Position numbers and translations under genes: made by a program. The notes under the pieces were generated by a model. That model was given only the letters and a program-made list of their open reading frames with translations. It made no database searches and was not told where the DNA came from. From the IMG/VR virus record IMGVR_UViG_3300023081_000068, positions 1 to 26,224 of that record: a DNA stretch of 26,224 nucleotides; one strand, given 5' to 3'. Below are positions 10,501-18,530 of the stretch, one piece after another. Numbering within the stretch: position 1 is the first letter of the stretch; each line of letters begins with the position of its first letter. This DNA comes from a virus. Its lineage: Duplodnaviria; Caudoviricetes.

Positions 10501-13500
10501 AAATACAAATAGAATTCAACCTCTATCATTATTGAATACACCTTACTTTATCAATGCAATTAGTGAGGGCGTTGATAATGAAACAAACGGTGTTGCGGAC
10601 CCGTATAAGAATTTGAGTTATATATTCTTAAATTCATTGCCGGTTTCAATACTAACAGAAAAATTCAACAATACTGGAGACGCGACTGTAGAATCGAGTT
10701 TTATTGGGAATACATTTAATAAGTTTGCGGCAATACATAAAGTTCCATATGCTTTCATATTAAAATATGGTTCAATATGGCACAGATACAAAACATATAT
10801 CCAAACAGGGGTTGATATCTTGGATAGTGTGTGGACTTCAATCAATGAAGATTCACTATATGACCCATTAAACGGGCAAAAGACTTCATTTTACAACATC
10901 ACTGACTATCAGGGAAGTGCATTCACATATACAATGAACTTTACAATTCCTCAGTTTGGTGTGTTTAACCCTTCCAATATCAGTAATGTTGGGTTTTACC
11001 CAAAAATCATTAATGATGTAACTAAGTTGGTTGGTTACAATCCTCCGTTCCCTAACTATTCACAAACAGAAATTACCAACGCTCAGCAAGGAACAATCGA
11101 CTTAGGGGGTGATGGATTGAAGATAGGTAAGAATAACAACTCAACAGTAACATTCCCTGTTGGTAAGGTAACAAATGATTTAACTACGTCATATTCAATA
11201 CAAAATTGGTATACTTACTACGACAATATAGATACAGGTGAACAGGAAAATTATCAAAAGTGTCTTGTTTACCCATCTGTAGGTGGGTTGGGTTTCTCAC
11301 AATATGGTTACGAGAAAAAGAATAATAATGGTGTTGTAAATGGTAACCCACTTGACCAAACCTTATATGATGGTTCGGTAAAGGCTTTATGGGGGTTATC
11401 ACACTATGGATATTTTGACCATTCAAACGTTCAAAAGCCGTCGTATGATGAATACATTAAAATTATTAATACAAATTCTGATACACAAAATCAGTTTAAC
11501 TTATCTCACCAGGCTGAGTATTCAACTATCGAAGATTTGTTTGGTGTGTTTACAAAAGAAGAGTTGGACACATTTGAGAGAGAGTTTTTGAAATTCTCAC
11601 AAGCGGTTCCTGATAGTGGTGACCCAGTTTCGGTTTCGCATGGTGTTCCATCCCCAAGTATTTTCCCATCATTTAGAAACATTAAGGGTATGATGAAAAA
11701 TTTATTCTTAATTGACCAACCTGTATTGACCGGCAATGAAGATGAGGACGGTAAGAGTATTGCGGAAAAACAGTTATCATATTTTAACAGAAAGATATAT
11801 GGTTTCATTGCACAAAAATGGTTAATAAAAAGAGGTAACCCCTCTCGTTTTGACCGTAAGATATGGAACTCATTCTCTAACGACATTAATTATCGTCCTG
11901 TGGATGCGTTTAACTATGGAACGTATGTTGTTGGTACCTTACCCGATACGACGGGAGCCATCAATTTACAACAAAGTATAACTAACAATCCTGCTGCGTG
12001 GGAGGCCATGTATTTGTATGTGGGTCAATACCGTGCACAGGGAATGGTTTATTCAAACTCAGGAAGTTATTTAACAGACTTCTTTATTGATAACAATATT
12101 GAGTTTACTGAGGACAATGTTATTAAGTTACATAGGTTGATACAGATGTATGGTTCTAAGAAGATGGAAGACAATACCTACGACGGAACACAGTTTATGT
12201 CTGACTTCAACAATTACTTACAGACCTTAAACAAATATCAATCTAATATTCAAAACATCTTATTTAGAACTCTTAATCAAGATTTACCAAATCTAACAGA
12301 GTCTCAAGAAAATAAGAGAACTGCATTGGATAGTGATATTGCCAAATTAGAGTTGTGGGAAACATTTAAAGTATTAAATGACAAATGGATTGCTGGTGGG
12401 GACTTCCAAAATAGAACTCTATTTGAAGATTTCTTATTCTTAGATAGGGCAAACTTAAACATTGGCGATAAAGTTATTGTGGACGTTACCTCGTTAGCAG
12501 GATACCTAAACGCAAAAAATGATAAGAACTCAATATATTCTATATTGGGATTCTTATTACAGAACAACAACTTTATTTTCATGGCGTTACCGTCATACTA
12601 TAACTTCTACGGTATTACACAACCGAGTCTAACTGCGTCTCCTCAGGATACTGAATCCCCTGGTCAAGAAACATTTGGAACCTTTACTGAGATTGACACC
12701 GCAGAAACAAGACCTCGTTTTGTTTGTATGTATACTGATAAGTTATCAGAACACTCAGACCAATCACAAAATATTGATTACAGATTTAAAAGTGACTCCT
12801 TCCAAATAGAAAGACCTGGTAGTCCATTAGAGGAAAACCAAGAAGGAAAGACAGACTACTCGTTATCAAATAAAGTGGTGGCATTTAATGTGGACTTTGG
12901 AGTTAGAAACCAAAACATATTCCAATCTATAAGTTTGGACCAAGCACAATATAAGGACACTTCAGAATCTTTTGCTATTTTAACTGACATGGCAAACCAA
13001 GCCAAAGGTCAAAAAGCCATACAACAATCCACATCATTATTCAACATCTACAAAAACAGAAGTTACTCTGCTCAGATTGTGTCGATGGGTAATATGATGA
13101 TTCAACCAACAATGTATTTTAACTTGAGATATGTTCCTATGTTTACGGGACCATATTGGATTACCAATGTTGCTCACAGTATTCAGCCTGGTAATTTTAC
13201 CACTACGTTTGAAGGGGTTAGAGTATCCAAATATTCATTCCCTCAGGTTGATAAGTTGGTGATGAGTGTGAATATTGACATTCTTAGACGACAAGCCGAT
13301 AAAAACAGAAGAGCGGCACTCACCACTCCGAACTCTGAGACTGAAGGTGCAGAAGTTACTGAGGTTACTGAAACTAACAATCAATCACAATCAACAACAG
13401 GTATTACTCAGAATGTGGGTATTCTTGAAAATACGGATGAAGGTGGTGAAGGTAGATGTCAGGGACAAACCAAATATCCTAATTTACCATATCTTACAAT

Positions 13501-14032
13501 TGAAAAAGAATTTGTTTCTTTTGAAGATGTAAAAAATCATCTAAATTCTAAAACATCAAATAATGATGTCATTACTGTTTGTTTTGGTATACCATGGATT
13601 GAACAAAAGGCAAATGGGGAGTCAGGATTTAACTCCTTTAACGGTAATATGGTTGGTTTAAGAAGTGATTTAACATGGTCACAATCCGTTTCAAACAAGT
13701 TTATTGGACAGGCTTGTTTACGTAGAGGAGATGGTCAGGGATACCTTTCATATGCGTCATTCAGTAGTTCAACGGTTTCGGTAGATATTTTATTTGATAG
13801 ATTCTCATCGTTAACACAGAGAATAAACCAATTCAAAGGTTATTATGGTACCAGTGGTGATGGGTTGTCTAAGGCGTATGCAGCTACATGGTTAGGTCAT
13901 TGGAACACAGGATTAGGATATCGTGATGGTGGTTTCCAAAGAGTTATTGATTATGCTAATGGTGAAGGTAAGGATTCATTTGATTATGCTGTGAGTATAT
14001 ATAAATCTGCAATTAACGAGTTAAAACCATAA
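7508..14032 (+). CDS. Giant baseplate hub protein (gp27/P2 gpD-like) with large insertions and a possible C-terminal peptidoglycan hydrolase domain
   Basis: 2174 aa. Hub-like beta-rich N-terminus (LLGITNIKINNNSSFIPVVDIEMVDIQG...YKLSLSFIG) and a typical hub C-terminal motif (MGNMMIQPTMYF...GPYWITNVAHSIQPGNFTTTFEGVR, ~13085-13222). It follows the LysM gene, as in canonical myophage order. Confidence 0.65.
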   Translation: MAGNPNYRRFTASEKVAFTTYNNIVLVDPNTVVDAEGNARERLVQHENLVMYANLQANILPRTKLAVGENFDEKSDLIQVANFGGTEDGKINFLKPQGKNYLDTSWTDQFTGQRQDDGAGINQSQVTSLETGKRAIRNSQDTQLLGITNIKINNNSSFIPVVDIEMVDIQGRTLFEQGENSPYSAFMQMPYPLFYLTVKGYYGKAVKYELMLKSFNARFDPSDGNYKLSLSFIGRTAAILSDLPLGALFALPHMYETIFEERENDGVSDYNGDVTTRETRNVQTQNALDSSGTEQYETYNRITTTRGMQKIHQTYQYYKGLGLVDENLPELTLSQLAYRLDAIETFITNTMSEVDLRSINDIKTYRQTLEIFRSYVAINVPASWFRNYLDPSSAIVLNDGKVLYTFNAETDETQEKIDAKAELKAKFKKYSEELRNNETFGTNGTYTVLGKEQSSALSFDVNYDMLIPDSLTLDDIDFEKTFIRQKNFVPNQSDLNTFKTQFAVNFELGEDYVNAELELIQGDVTFYFFGENNDSPTYFNGSFLSKMDILEQQFNVMSERIEKELSEALAEKIEDPQTGLGFKPTIRNVVAILMANVDAFYRLMDDIHREAWDLKDNPQRLRVIVDPEKGDGVDTKDMVQNGNVLNENSFVYPWPQYFQKEYDDQNNQRYVVRYIGDPKLRNRTRAYDYSLWPEVGFLENYIKGQLQREEMPPPLTNNNQKKIANYIPVSAMEYPLLLRAYPDLNEITFLYEIWERTYLQSNYSNIFRPTQSSQNLYNVLGRFEAKTIKDAISSDPFLMMKLKNLGLNSQNFLSLLRSVSGNGQGQRWALFERDLYTSTAVKSLIDTQNGIYKFSDDDVNRIQSEPADESQDNLKEYIVSPLTNELTFTDVYPYTNLTWITNNFSSGVDYNSLEKANSTTNNMFFIETLKMLASFNPDNAENGYDYSPVLPDDWFNFNSLKIEGLTKETFRVESIDMMVNNEYGVTEGNVDYGPNYSGNTNRIQPLSLLNTPYFINAISEGVDNETNGVADPYKNLSYIFLNSLPVSILTEKFNNTGDATVESSFIGNTFNKFAAIHKVPYAFILKYGSIWHRYKTYIQTGVDILDSVWTSINEDSLYDPLNGQKTSFYNITDYQGSAFTYTMNFTIPQFGVFNPSNISNVGFYPKIINDVTKLVGYNPPFPNYSQTEITNAQQGTIDLGGDGLKIGKNNNSTVTFPVGKVTNDLTTSYSIQNWYTYYDNIDTGEQENYQKCLVYPSVGGLGFSQYGYEKKNNNGVVNGNPLDQTLYDGSVKALWGLSHYGYFDHSNVQKPSYDEYIKIINTNSDTQNQFNLSHQAEYSTIEDLFGVFTKEELDTFEREFLKFSQAVPDSGDPVSVSHGVPSPSIFPSFRNIKGMMKNLFLIDQPVLTGNEDEDGKSIAEKQLSYFNRKIYGFIAQKWLIKRGNPSRFDRKIWNSFSNDINYRPVDAFNYGTYVVGTLPDTTGAINLQQSITNNPAAWEAMYLYVGQYRAQGMVYSNSGSYLTDFFIDNNIEFTEDNVIKLHRLIQMYGSKKMEDNTYDGTQFMSDFNNYLQTLNKYQSNIQNILFRTLNQDLPNLTESQENKRTALDSDIAKLELWETFKVLNDKWIAGGDFQNRTLFEDFLFLDRANLNIGDKVIVDVTSLAGYLNAKNDKNSIYSILGFLLQNNNFIFMALPSYYNFYGITQPSLTASPQDTESPGQETFGTFTEIDTAETRPRFVCMYTDKLSEHSDQSQNIDYRFKSDSFQIERPGSPLEENQEGKTDYSLSNKVVAFNVDFGVRNQNIFQSISLDQAQYKDTSESFAILTDMANQAKGQKAIQQSTSLFNIYKNRSYSAQIVSMGNMMIQPTMYFNLRYVPMFTGPYWITNVAHSIQPGNFTTTFEGVRVSKYSFPQVDKLVMSVNIDILRRQADKNRRAALTTPNSETEGAEVTEVTETNNQSQSTTGITQNVGILENTDEGGEGRCQGQTKYPNLPYLTIEKEFVSFEDVKNHLNSKTSNNDVITVCFGIPWIEQKANGESGFNSFNGNMVGLRSDLTWSQSVSNKFIGQACLRRGDGQGYLSYASFSSSTVSVDILFDRFSSLTQRINQFKGYYGTSGDGLSKAYAATWLGHWNTGLGYRDGGFQRVIDYANGEGKDSFDYAVSIYKSAINELKP

Positions 14033-14058
14033 AATTGAGAAAATTCGGTTTTTCAATA

Positions 14059-14065
14059 TATTTAT
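14059..14065 (+). promoter_or_regulatory. TATTTAT motif, putative late promoter
   Basis: Recurrent intergenic motif, 15 nt before ATG 14081. Confidence 0.55.
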
Positions 14066-14080
14066 TAAGAAAATGTTATT

Positions 14081-14305
14081 ATGAACGTAAAATCACTTTT
14101 GGATAATTATTTATCTAAAGACACTCGTATTACCGAGAGAGAAGCCGGAAATGGTTACAAAGAAGTATGTGACCTTGACACTGGTGATTGTTACACTGTT
14201 CGTATGAAAGACGGACTTATTGAGAGAGTGGACAATACCATGCAACTAAACAGAACACTTAAAGTTGAAACACCTCAGGGGGTTAAGACTTTATTGAATG
14301 GTTAA
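14081..14305 (+). CDS. Hypothetical protein (74 aa)
   Basis: ATG start 15 nt after a TATTTAT motif, TAA stop, fills the gap on the coding strand. Contains CDLDTGDC. Confidence 0.7.
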   Translation: MNVKSLLDNYLSKDTRITEREAGNGYKEVCDLDTGDCYTVRMKDGLIERVDNTMQLNRTLKVETPQGVKTLLNG

Positions 14306-14316
14306 GATAATATAAT

Positions 14317-14940
14317 ATGTCAGTAGATAATAAAATTTTAGAAGAGTTAAAAAGATATAACTCAATCAACAAGTATATCACTGAGCAAGACGCAGAGGAC
14401 CCTGAAACATTGGCTCCTGATGCAGACGCTGAGTTAGATGCTGAAACAGGTGCTGAAGAAATTGCAGAACCTGTTGATGTTGATTCTGACCCTGATGTTG
14501 AGAAGGTAGACGATTCGGGTGATGTAGAATCTGACGTTGAAGTTTCATCTGAAGGTGGAACTGAAGAATTGGAAATCACTGATTTGGTAAACAAACAAAA
14601 CGAAATCTCAGACAAACAAGATGAGTATATGGAATCTATGTTTGATAAGTTGAGTGAGTTAGAAAGTAAACTTTCACAAATGGACCAAATCTTTGATAAG
14701 ATTAACTCTTTGGAGGACAAAGTTGAAAAATACAGAGAAAAGTCTCCTGAAGAAAAACTACAGTTAAGAAGTTTGGACAGTTATCCATACAATCAGAAGT
14801 TAACTGATTTCTTCTCAGATAAAGAAGAGGAGATGGAAAAAACAGGTAAGAACGAATATATTCTAACACCTGATGAAGTTGAGAACTTTTCCGCTGACGA
14901 AATTAGAAAGTCATTCAAAGACCCGTTGGAAAACGAGTAA
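14317..14940 (+). CDS. Hypothetical acidic coiled-coil protein (207 aa)
   Basis: Long D/E-rich low-complexity stretch followed by a heptad-like region (MFDKLSELESKLSQMDQIFDKINSLEDKVEKY). Followed by a terminator. Confidence 0.75.
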   Translation: MSVDNKILEELKRYNSINKYITEQDAEDPETLAPDADAELDAETGAEEIAEPVDVDSDPDVEKVDDSGDVESDVEVSSEGGTEELEITDLVNKQNEISDKQDEYMESMFDKLSELESKLSQMDQIFDKINSLEDKVEKYREKSPEEKLQLRSLDSYPYNQKLTDFFSDKEEEMEKTGKNEYILTPDEVENFSADEIRKSFKDPLENE

Positions 14941-14944
14941 TCTA

Positions 14945-14973
14945 TTGACAGTAAATTAATATTTTTCTATACT
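14945..14973 (+). promoter_or_regulatory. sigma70-like promoter TTGACA-N17-TATACT
   Basis: Perfect -35 at 14945-14950, 17-nt spacer, -10 TATACT at 14968-14973, upstream of the replication genes. Confidence 0.55.
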
Positions 14974-15004
14974 AAGACCACTCACTATTGGGTGGTCTTT
15001 TTTT
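14974..15004 (+). terminator. Rho-independent terminator
   Basis: Stem AAGACCACTCA / TGGGTGGTCTT (11 bp, one G-U), loop CTAT, followed by a T-tract. Confidence 0.85.
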
Positions 15005-15014
15005 GTTTTTGATA

Positions 15015-15045
15015 TTTGACTTTAACAGGAATGTGTCTATCTTTT
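15015..15045 (+). promoter_or_regulatory. Putative early/middle promoter of the replication cluster
   Basis: Reads as TTGACT-N16-TATCTT. Also reads as a Bacteroidota-type TTTG (15015-15018)-N19-TATCTTTT, one mismatch from TAnnTTTG. Confidence 0.45.
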
Positions 15046-15091
15046 ATAGGAGTTTCAAGAGTAACAATTAACAAGAGTAAAAAGAAAAATT

Positions 15092-15949
15092 ATGGGAAAT
15101 GCACTCGACGCTGTCTTAGCACAGTATGAAAAAAACACCCAAAGCACAGGGGGTGGAAACAAGATGTCTCAAGAAGACAGATTGAAGAGATACTTCACAA
15201 CGTATCTACCAAAAGGAACCAAGTCAGGTCAAAAGGTTATTCGTATCCTTCCAACCGCTGACGGTTCATCACCATTCAAAGAAGTATGGTATCACGAAGT
15301 TCAAGTAGACGGTAAATGGACAAAACTTTACGACCCAGGTAAAAACGATGGGGAGCGTTCACCACTTACTGAGGTTTACGAAGAACTAATATCAACAGGT
15401 AAAGAGTCTGATAAAGATTTGGCTCGTCAATACCGTCCACGTAAATTCTACATTGTAAAGGTAATCGACCGTGACAACGAGTTGGATGGACCTAAGTTTT
15501 GGAGATTTAAGGACAACTACAAGCAAGAAGGTATTTTGGATAAAATCATTCCTATTTGGAAACAAAAGGGAGATATCACAGACGCAAACGAAGGTCGTGA
15601 TTTGATTGTTGATTTGGCTAAAGCTAAGACTCCTTCAGGTATTGAATACACAGTTGTTAAGACTATCATGTATGATGACCCATGTCCAATTCACACAGAT
15701 GCTGCTCAAATGAAAGAGTGGATTGAAGATGAAACAACATGGCAAGACGTATATTCTCAAAAACCTGTTGAGTATTTGGAGGCAATCGCAAGAGGAGAGA
15801 CACCTGTTTGGGATTCAGAATTGAAGAAATATGTTTACGGTGACGACACAGAAACTACATTCGGTGGAACATCGGCACCAACAACAAAAACAGAAGAGGT
15901 AAGTGACCCACAGTCTGAGGCTGAGGTAGATGACGACCTACCATTCTAA
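15092..15949 (+). CDS. gp32: Single-stranded DNA-binding protein, T4 gp32-like
   Basis: IRILP...PFKEVWYH...YIVKVIDRD...GPKFWRF...DITDANEGRDL pattern and an acidic tail ending in DDDLPF. Directly upstream of UvsX. Confidence 0.85.
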   Translation: MGNALDAVLAQYEKNTQSTGGGNKMSQEDRLKRYFTTYLPKGTKSGQKVIRILPTADGSSPFKEVWYHEVQVDGKWTKLYDPGKNDGERSPLTEVYEELISTGKESDKDLARQYRPRKFYIVKVIDRDNELDGPKFWRFKDNYKQEGILDKIIPIWKQKGDITDANEGRDLIVDLAKAKTPSGIEYTVVKTIMYDDPCPIHTDAAQMKEWIEDETTWQDVYSQKPVEYLEAIARGETPVWDSELKKYVYGDDTETTFGGTSAPTTKTEEVSDPQSEAEVDDDLPF

Positions 15950-15961
15950 AAACACTAATCT

Positions 15962-16001
15962 GATGGTGGGGATTGTAATGTCCCCACCGTCTTTATTTAT
16001 T
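15962..16001 (+). terminator. Rho-independent terminator after the SSB gene
   Basis: Stem GATGGTGGGGA (15962-15972) / TCCCCACCGTC (15981-15991) followed by TTTATTTATT. Confidence 0.75.
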
Positions 16002-16008
16002 AATCAAT

Positions 16009-17010
16009 ATGGCAATTAAGAAAAAAGATTTTCAAAGTATTAAGAAGAAGTTCTCAACTTCTGCAAAATACAAACCCCAAAGATTTTTGGATTTAGGGGA
16101 CGCTTTTCTTGATGCGGTTGGATTACCTGGCCCTGCGATTGGTCACTTGAATATGTTCTTGGGTCATTCAGATACAGGTAAAACTACTGCGTTGGTCAAA
16201 GCCGCTGTTGATGCACAGAAAAAAGGTATTCTACCTGTATTCATTATTACGGAGCAAAAATGGTCGTTTGACCATGCTAAAATCATGGGATTTGAGTGTG
16301 AGGAAGTGGTAGATGAAGAAACAGGTGAATTGGATTGGGATGGGTTTTTTATTTTCAATAACAACTTTGATTATATTGAACAAATTACTGACTACATCAA
16401 TGAACTATTGGACGCACAAGAAAAAGGTGAGTTGGAATATGACTTATTATTCCTATGGGACTCTGTGGGTTCAGTTCCGTGTAAGATGACCTTTGACGGT
16501 AAAGGTGGTAAACAACACAACGCGGCAACATTAGCCGATAAGATTGGTATGGGTATCAACCAACGTATTTCAGGGTCACGTAAATCGGATTCTAAATATG
16601 AGAACACATTGGTTATCGTAAACCAACCGTGGGTAGAATTACCTGACAATCCGTTCGGTCAACCTAAGATTAAGGCAAAAGGTGGTGAGTCTATTTGGTT
16701 AAACTCATCTATCGTATTTTTGTTTGGTAACCAAAAAAATGCGGGAACCAACAAAATTGCTGCGGTCAAAGACAAGAGAAAAGTTAAATTTGCTGTCCGA
16801 ACCAAAGTTTCTGTGATGAAAAATCACATTAACGGATTGGGTTATGAGGACGGAAAAATTATTGTGACACCTCACGGGTTCTTGGCGGGTAAAGATTCTA
16901 CCGAAGAGAAAAAATCAATTGAGGAATACAAGTCTGAGCAATCAGAATATTGGAAAGCGGTAATCGGCAAAGACGGCGATTACAAATTGGAAGAAGAAAA
17001 AGAAGTGTAA
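16009..17010 (+). CDS. uvsX: RecA/UvsX-like recombinase
   Basis: Walker A GHSDTGKT, Walker B LLFLWDSVGS, LVIVNQ, KGGESI and VMKNH RecA-family motifs; 333 aa. Confidence 0.9.
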   Translation: MAIKKKDFQSIKKKFSTSAKYKPQRFLDLGDAFLDAVGLPGPAIGHLNMFLGHSDTGKTTALVKAAVDAQKKGILPVFIITEQKWSFDHAKIMGFECEEVVDEETGELDWDGFFIFNNNFDYIEQITDYINELLDAQEKGELEYDLLFLWDSVGSVPCKMTFDGKGGKQHNAATLADKIGMGINQRISGSRKSDSKYENTLVIVNQPWVELPDNPFGQPKIKAKGGESIWLNSSIVFLFGNQKNAGTNKIAAVKDKRKVKFAVRTKVSVMKNHINGLGYEDGKIIVTPHGFLAGKDSTEEKKSIEEYKSEQSEYWKAVIGKDGDYKLEEEKEV

Positions 17011-17028
17011 CCTTTTAATACAAAGGTT

Positions 17029-18036
17029 TTGACAAAGACATTATTAGTAGACGGCAACAATTTATTCAAAATTGGTTTTCATGGGGTTCGTGATTATTAC
17101 CACAAAGGTAATCACATTGGTGGTTTATATCACTTCGTCAACACCCTCAGAAGATTCATCGAAGAAGATAACTATGATAAGGTAATCGTTGTTTGGGACG
17201 GAGAAAACAACTCTTCCCAACGACGACTTATCTATGCCGACTATAAAATGAATCGTAGACAATCTTTAAATGAACAAAAGAAAGCGTCTTACGATTGGCA
17301 AATGTCAAGAACCAAACAGTATTTGGAGGATATGTTCATTCGACAACTGGAAGTCGAAGGGTGTGAAGCGGACGATGTGATTGCATATTATTGCAACATT
17401 TCAGAAGATGAACACAAAACTATATTTTCGTCAGATAAGGACCTTACACAACTTATCTCAGAGAAGGTGACAATCTACTCACCGAGTGAGAAAAAGTATC
17501 TTAAACAAGGGGAAAAGATTAATCTAAAGGACATTTCAATTCCACACGAGAACATTAAAACATTTAAGATTATATCGGGGGATAAATCCGACAATGTTGA
17601 TGGTATTCAATACATGGGTGAAAAGACTTTTGTGAAATTATTTCCTGAGATAGTTGATAAAGTCCTTACTGTTGAGGATATTTTAAGTCAGGCTGAAGAA
17701 CTACACTCAAGTGATAAGAACAACCGAGCGTTACAGAACTTATTAAGTGGGAAAACAAAATCAGGAGTTTATGGTGAAGAATTTTTTCTAATCAACAAAA
17801 AGCTCATAGATTTGTCGGACCCAATCATTAGTGAGGAAGGTAAGGAAGAAGTTGAGGACTATTACCGAGAAAGTTTGGACCCTGATGGTCGAGGATACAA
17901 GAATCTAATGAGAATGATGATGGATGACGGTATCTTCAAATACTTACCCAAACGAGATGATGCTTGGGTAAATTTTTTACAACCTTTTATGAAGTTAACT
18001 AGAAAAGAAAAAAAACGTTTTAAAAACAAAAAGTAA
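17029..18036 (+). CDS. 5'-3' exonuclease / flap endonuclease (T4 RNase H, PolI N-terminal-like)
   Basis: LLVDGNNL, VVWDG, RRLIYADYKMNR, EADDVIA, SSDKDLTQL and GDKSDNVDGIQYMGEKT (H3TH) motifs; TTG start. Confidence 0.92.
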   Translation: MTKTLLVDGNNLFKIGFHGVRDYYHKGNHIGGLYHFVNTLRRFIEEDNYDKVIVVWDGENNSSQRRLIYADYKMNRRQSLNEQKKASYDWQMSRTKQYLEDMFIRQLEVEGCEADDVIAYYCNISEDEHKTIFSSDKDLTQLISEKVTIYSPSEKKYLKQGEKINLKDISIPHENIKTFKIISGDKSDNVDGIQYMGEKTFVKLFPEIVDKVLTVEDILSQAEELHSSDKNNRALQNLLSGKTKSGVYGEEFFLINKKLIDLSDPIISEEGKEEVEDYYRESLDPDGRGYKNLMRMMMDDGIFKYLPKRDDAWVNFLQPFMKLTRKEKKRFKNKK

Positions 18037-18040
18037 GATT

Positions 18041-18493
18041 ATGAAAAATCAAAATGATGTAACTAAAATGGAGTTTTTGTTGACCTTGAATGACAACATT
18101 GTTGTTCAGCGTTACTACAATGTTCGTGGGTATAATCCAAAAGCTCGTAAGAGTATTGAGATGGTCAGAACAGTAGAAGAAATCTCTAACAAATTGATTG
18201 CGAGTTTAAAGGATAAGACATTGGTTTACATGTTGGACCACTACAACCAAATAGCGTTGGACCCAGCAATCCTTGACACGTCAAATACCGACGGACCGGA
18301 ACATTTTAACATCTATATTAAACTTGGTGATGAGACAATTTGTCATAAAATTATTGACGCAAAATTATTCCCACCAAAAATAAGATACACCGTAGACATA
18401 CGTCCGCAACTAAAAAGTGTGCTTCGGGCTCTAACTGACATCTTCTCGACTGAAGATTTAACTTACCAATACATGGATTATCAGTTAGCTTAA
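18041..18493 (+). CDS. Hypothetical protein (150 aa)
   Basis: Clean ORF tightly packed between the exonuclease and helicase genes, with no recognised motif. Confidence 0.75.
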   Translation: MKNQNDVTKMEFLLTLNDNIVVQRYYNVRGYNPKARKSIEMVRTVEEISNKLIASLKDKTLVYMLDHYNQIALDPAILDTSNTDGPEHFNIYIKLGDETICHKIIDAKLFPPKIRYTVDIRPQLKSVLRALTDIFSTEDLTYQYMDYQLA

Positions 18494-18496
18494 CTA

Positions 18497-18503
18497 TATT
18501 TAT
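18497..18503 (+). promoter_or_regulatory. TATTTAT motif, putative promoter
   Basis: Recurrent intergenic motif, 27 nt before the helicase ATG. Confidence 0.45.
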
Positions 18504-18530
18504 ATTTTACCCAACAGAAATTTTATTGAT

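Noticed and set aside
14035-14056. Hairpin after the hub gene as a standalone terminator
   Set aside because: The stem is weak and AT-rich with a mismatch beside the TTCG loop and no clean T-tract; it is kept only within the inverted-repeat finding.
15994-16000. TATTTAT before uvsX as a separate promoter feature
   Set aside because: It coincides with the terminator T-tract, so it may be incidental; mentioned only in the motif finding.
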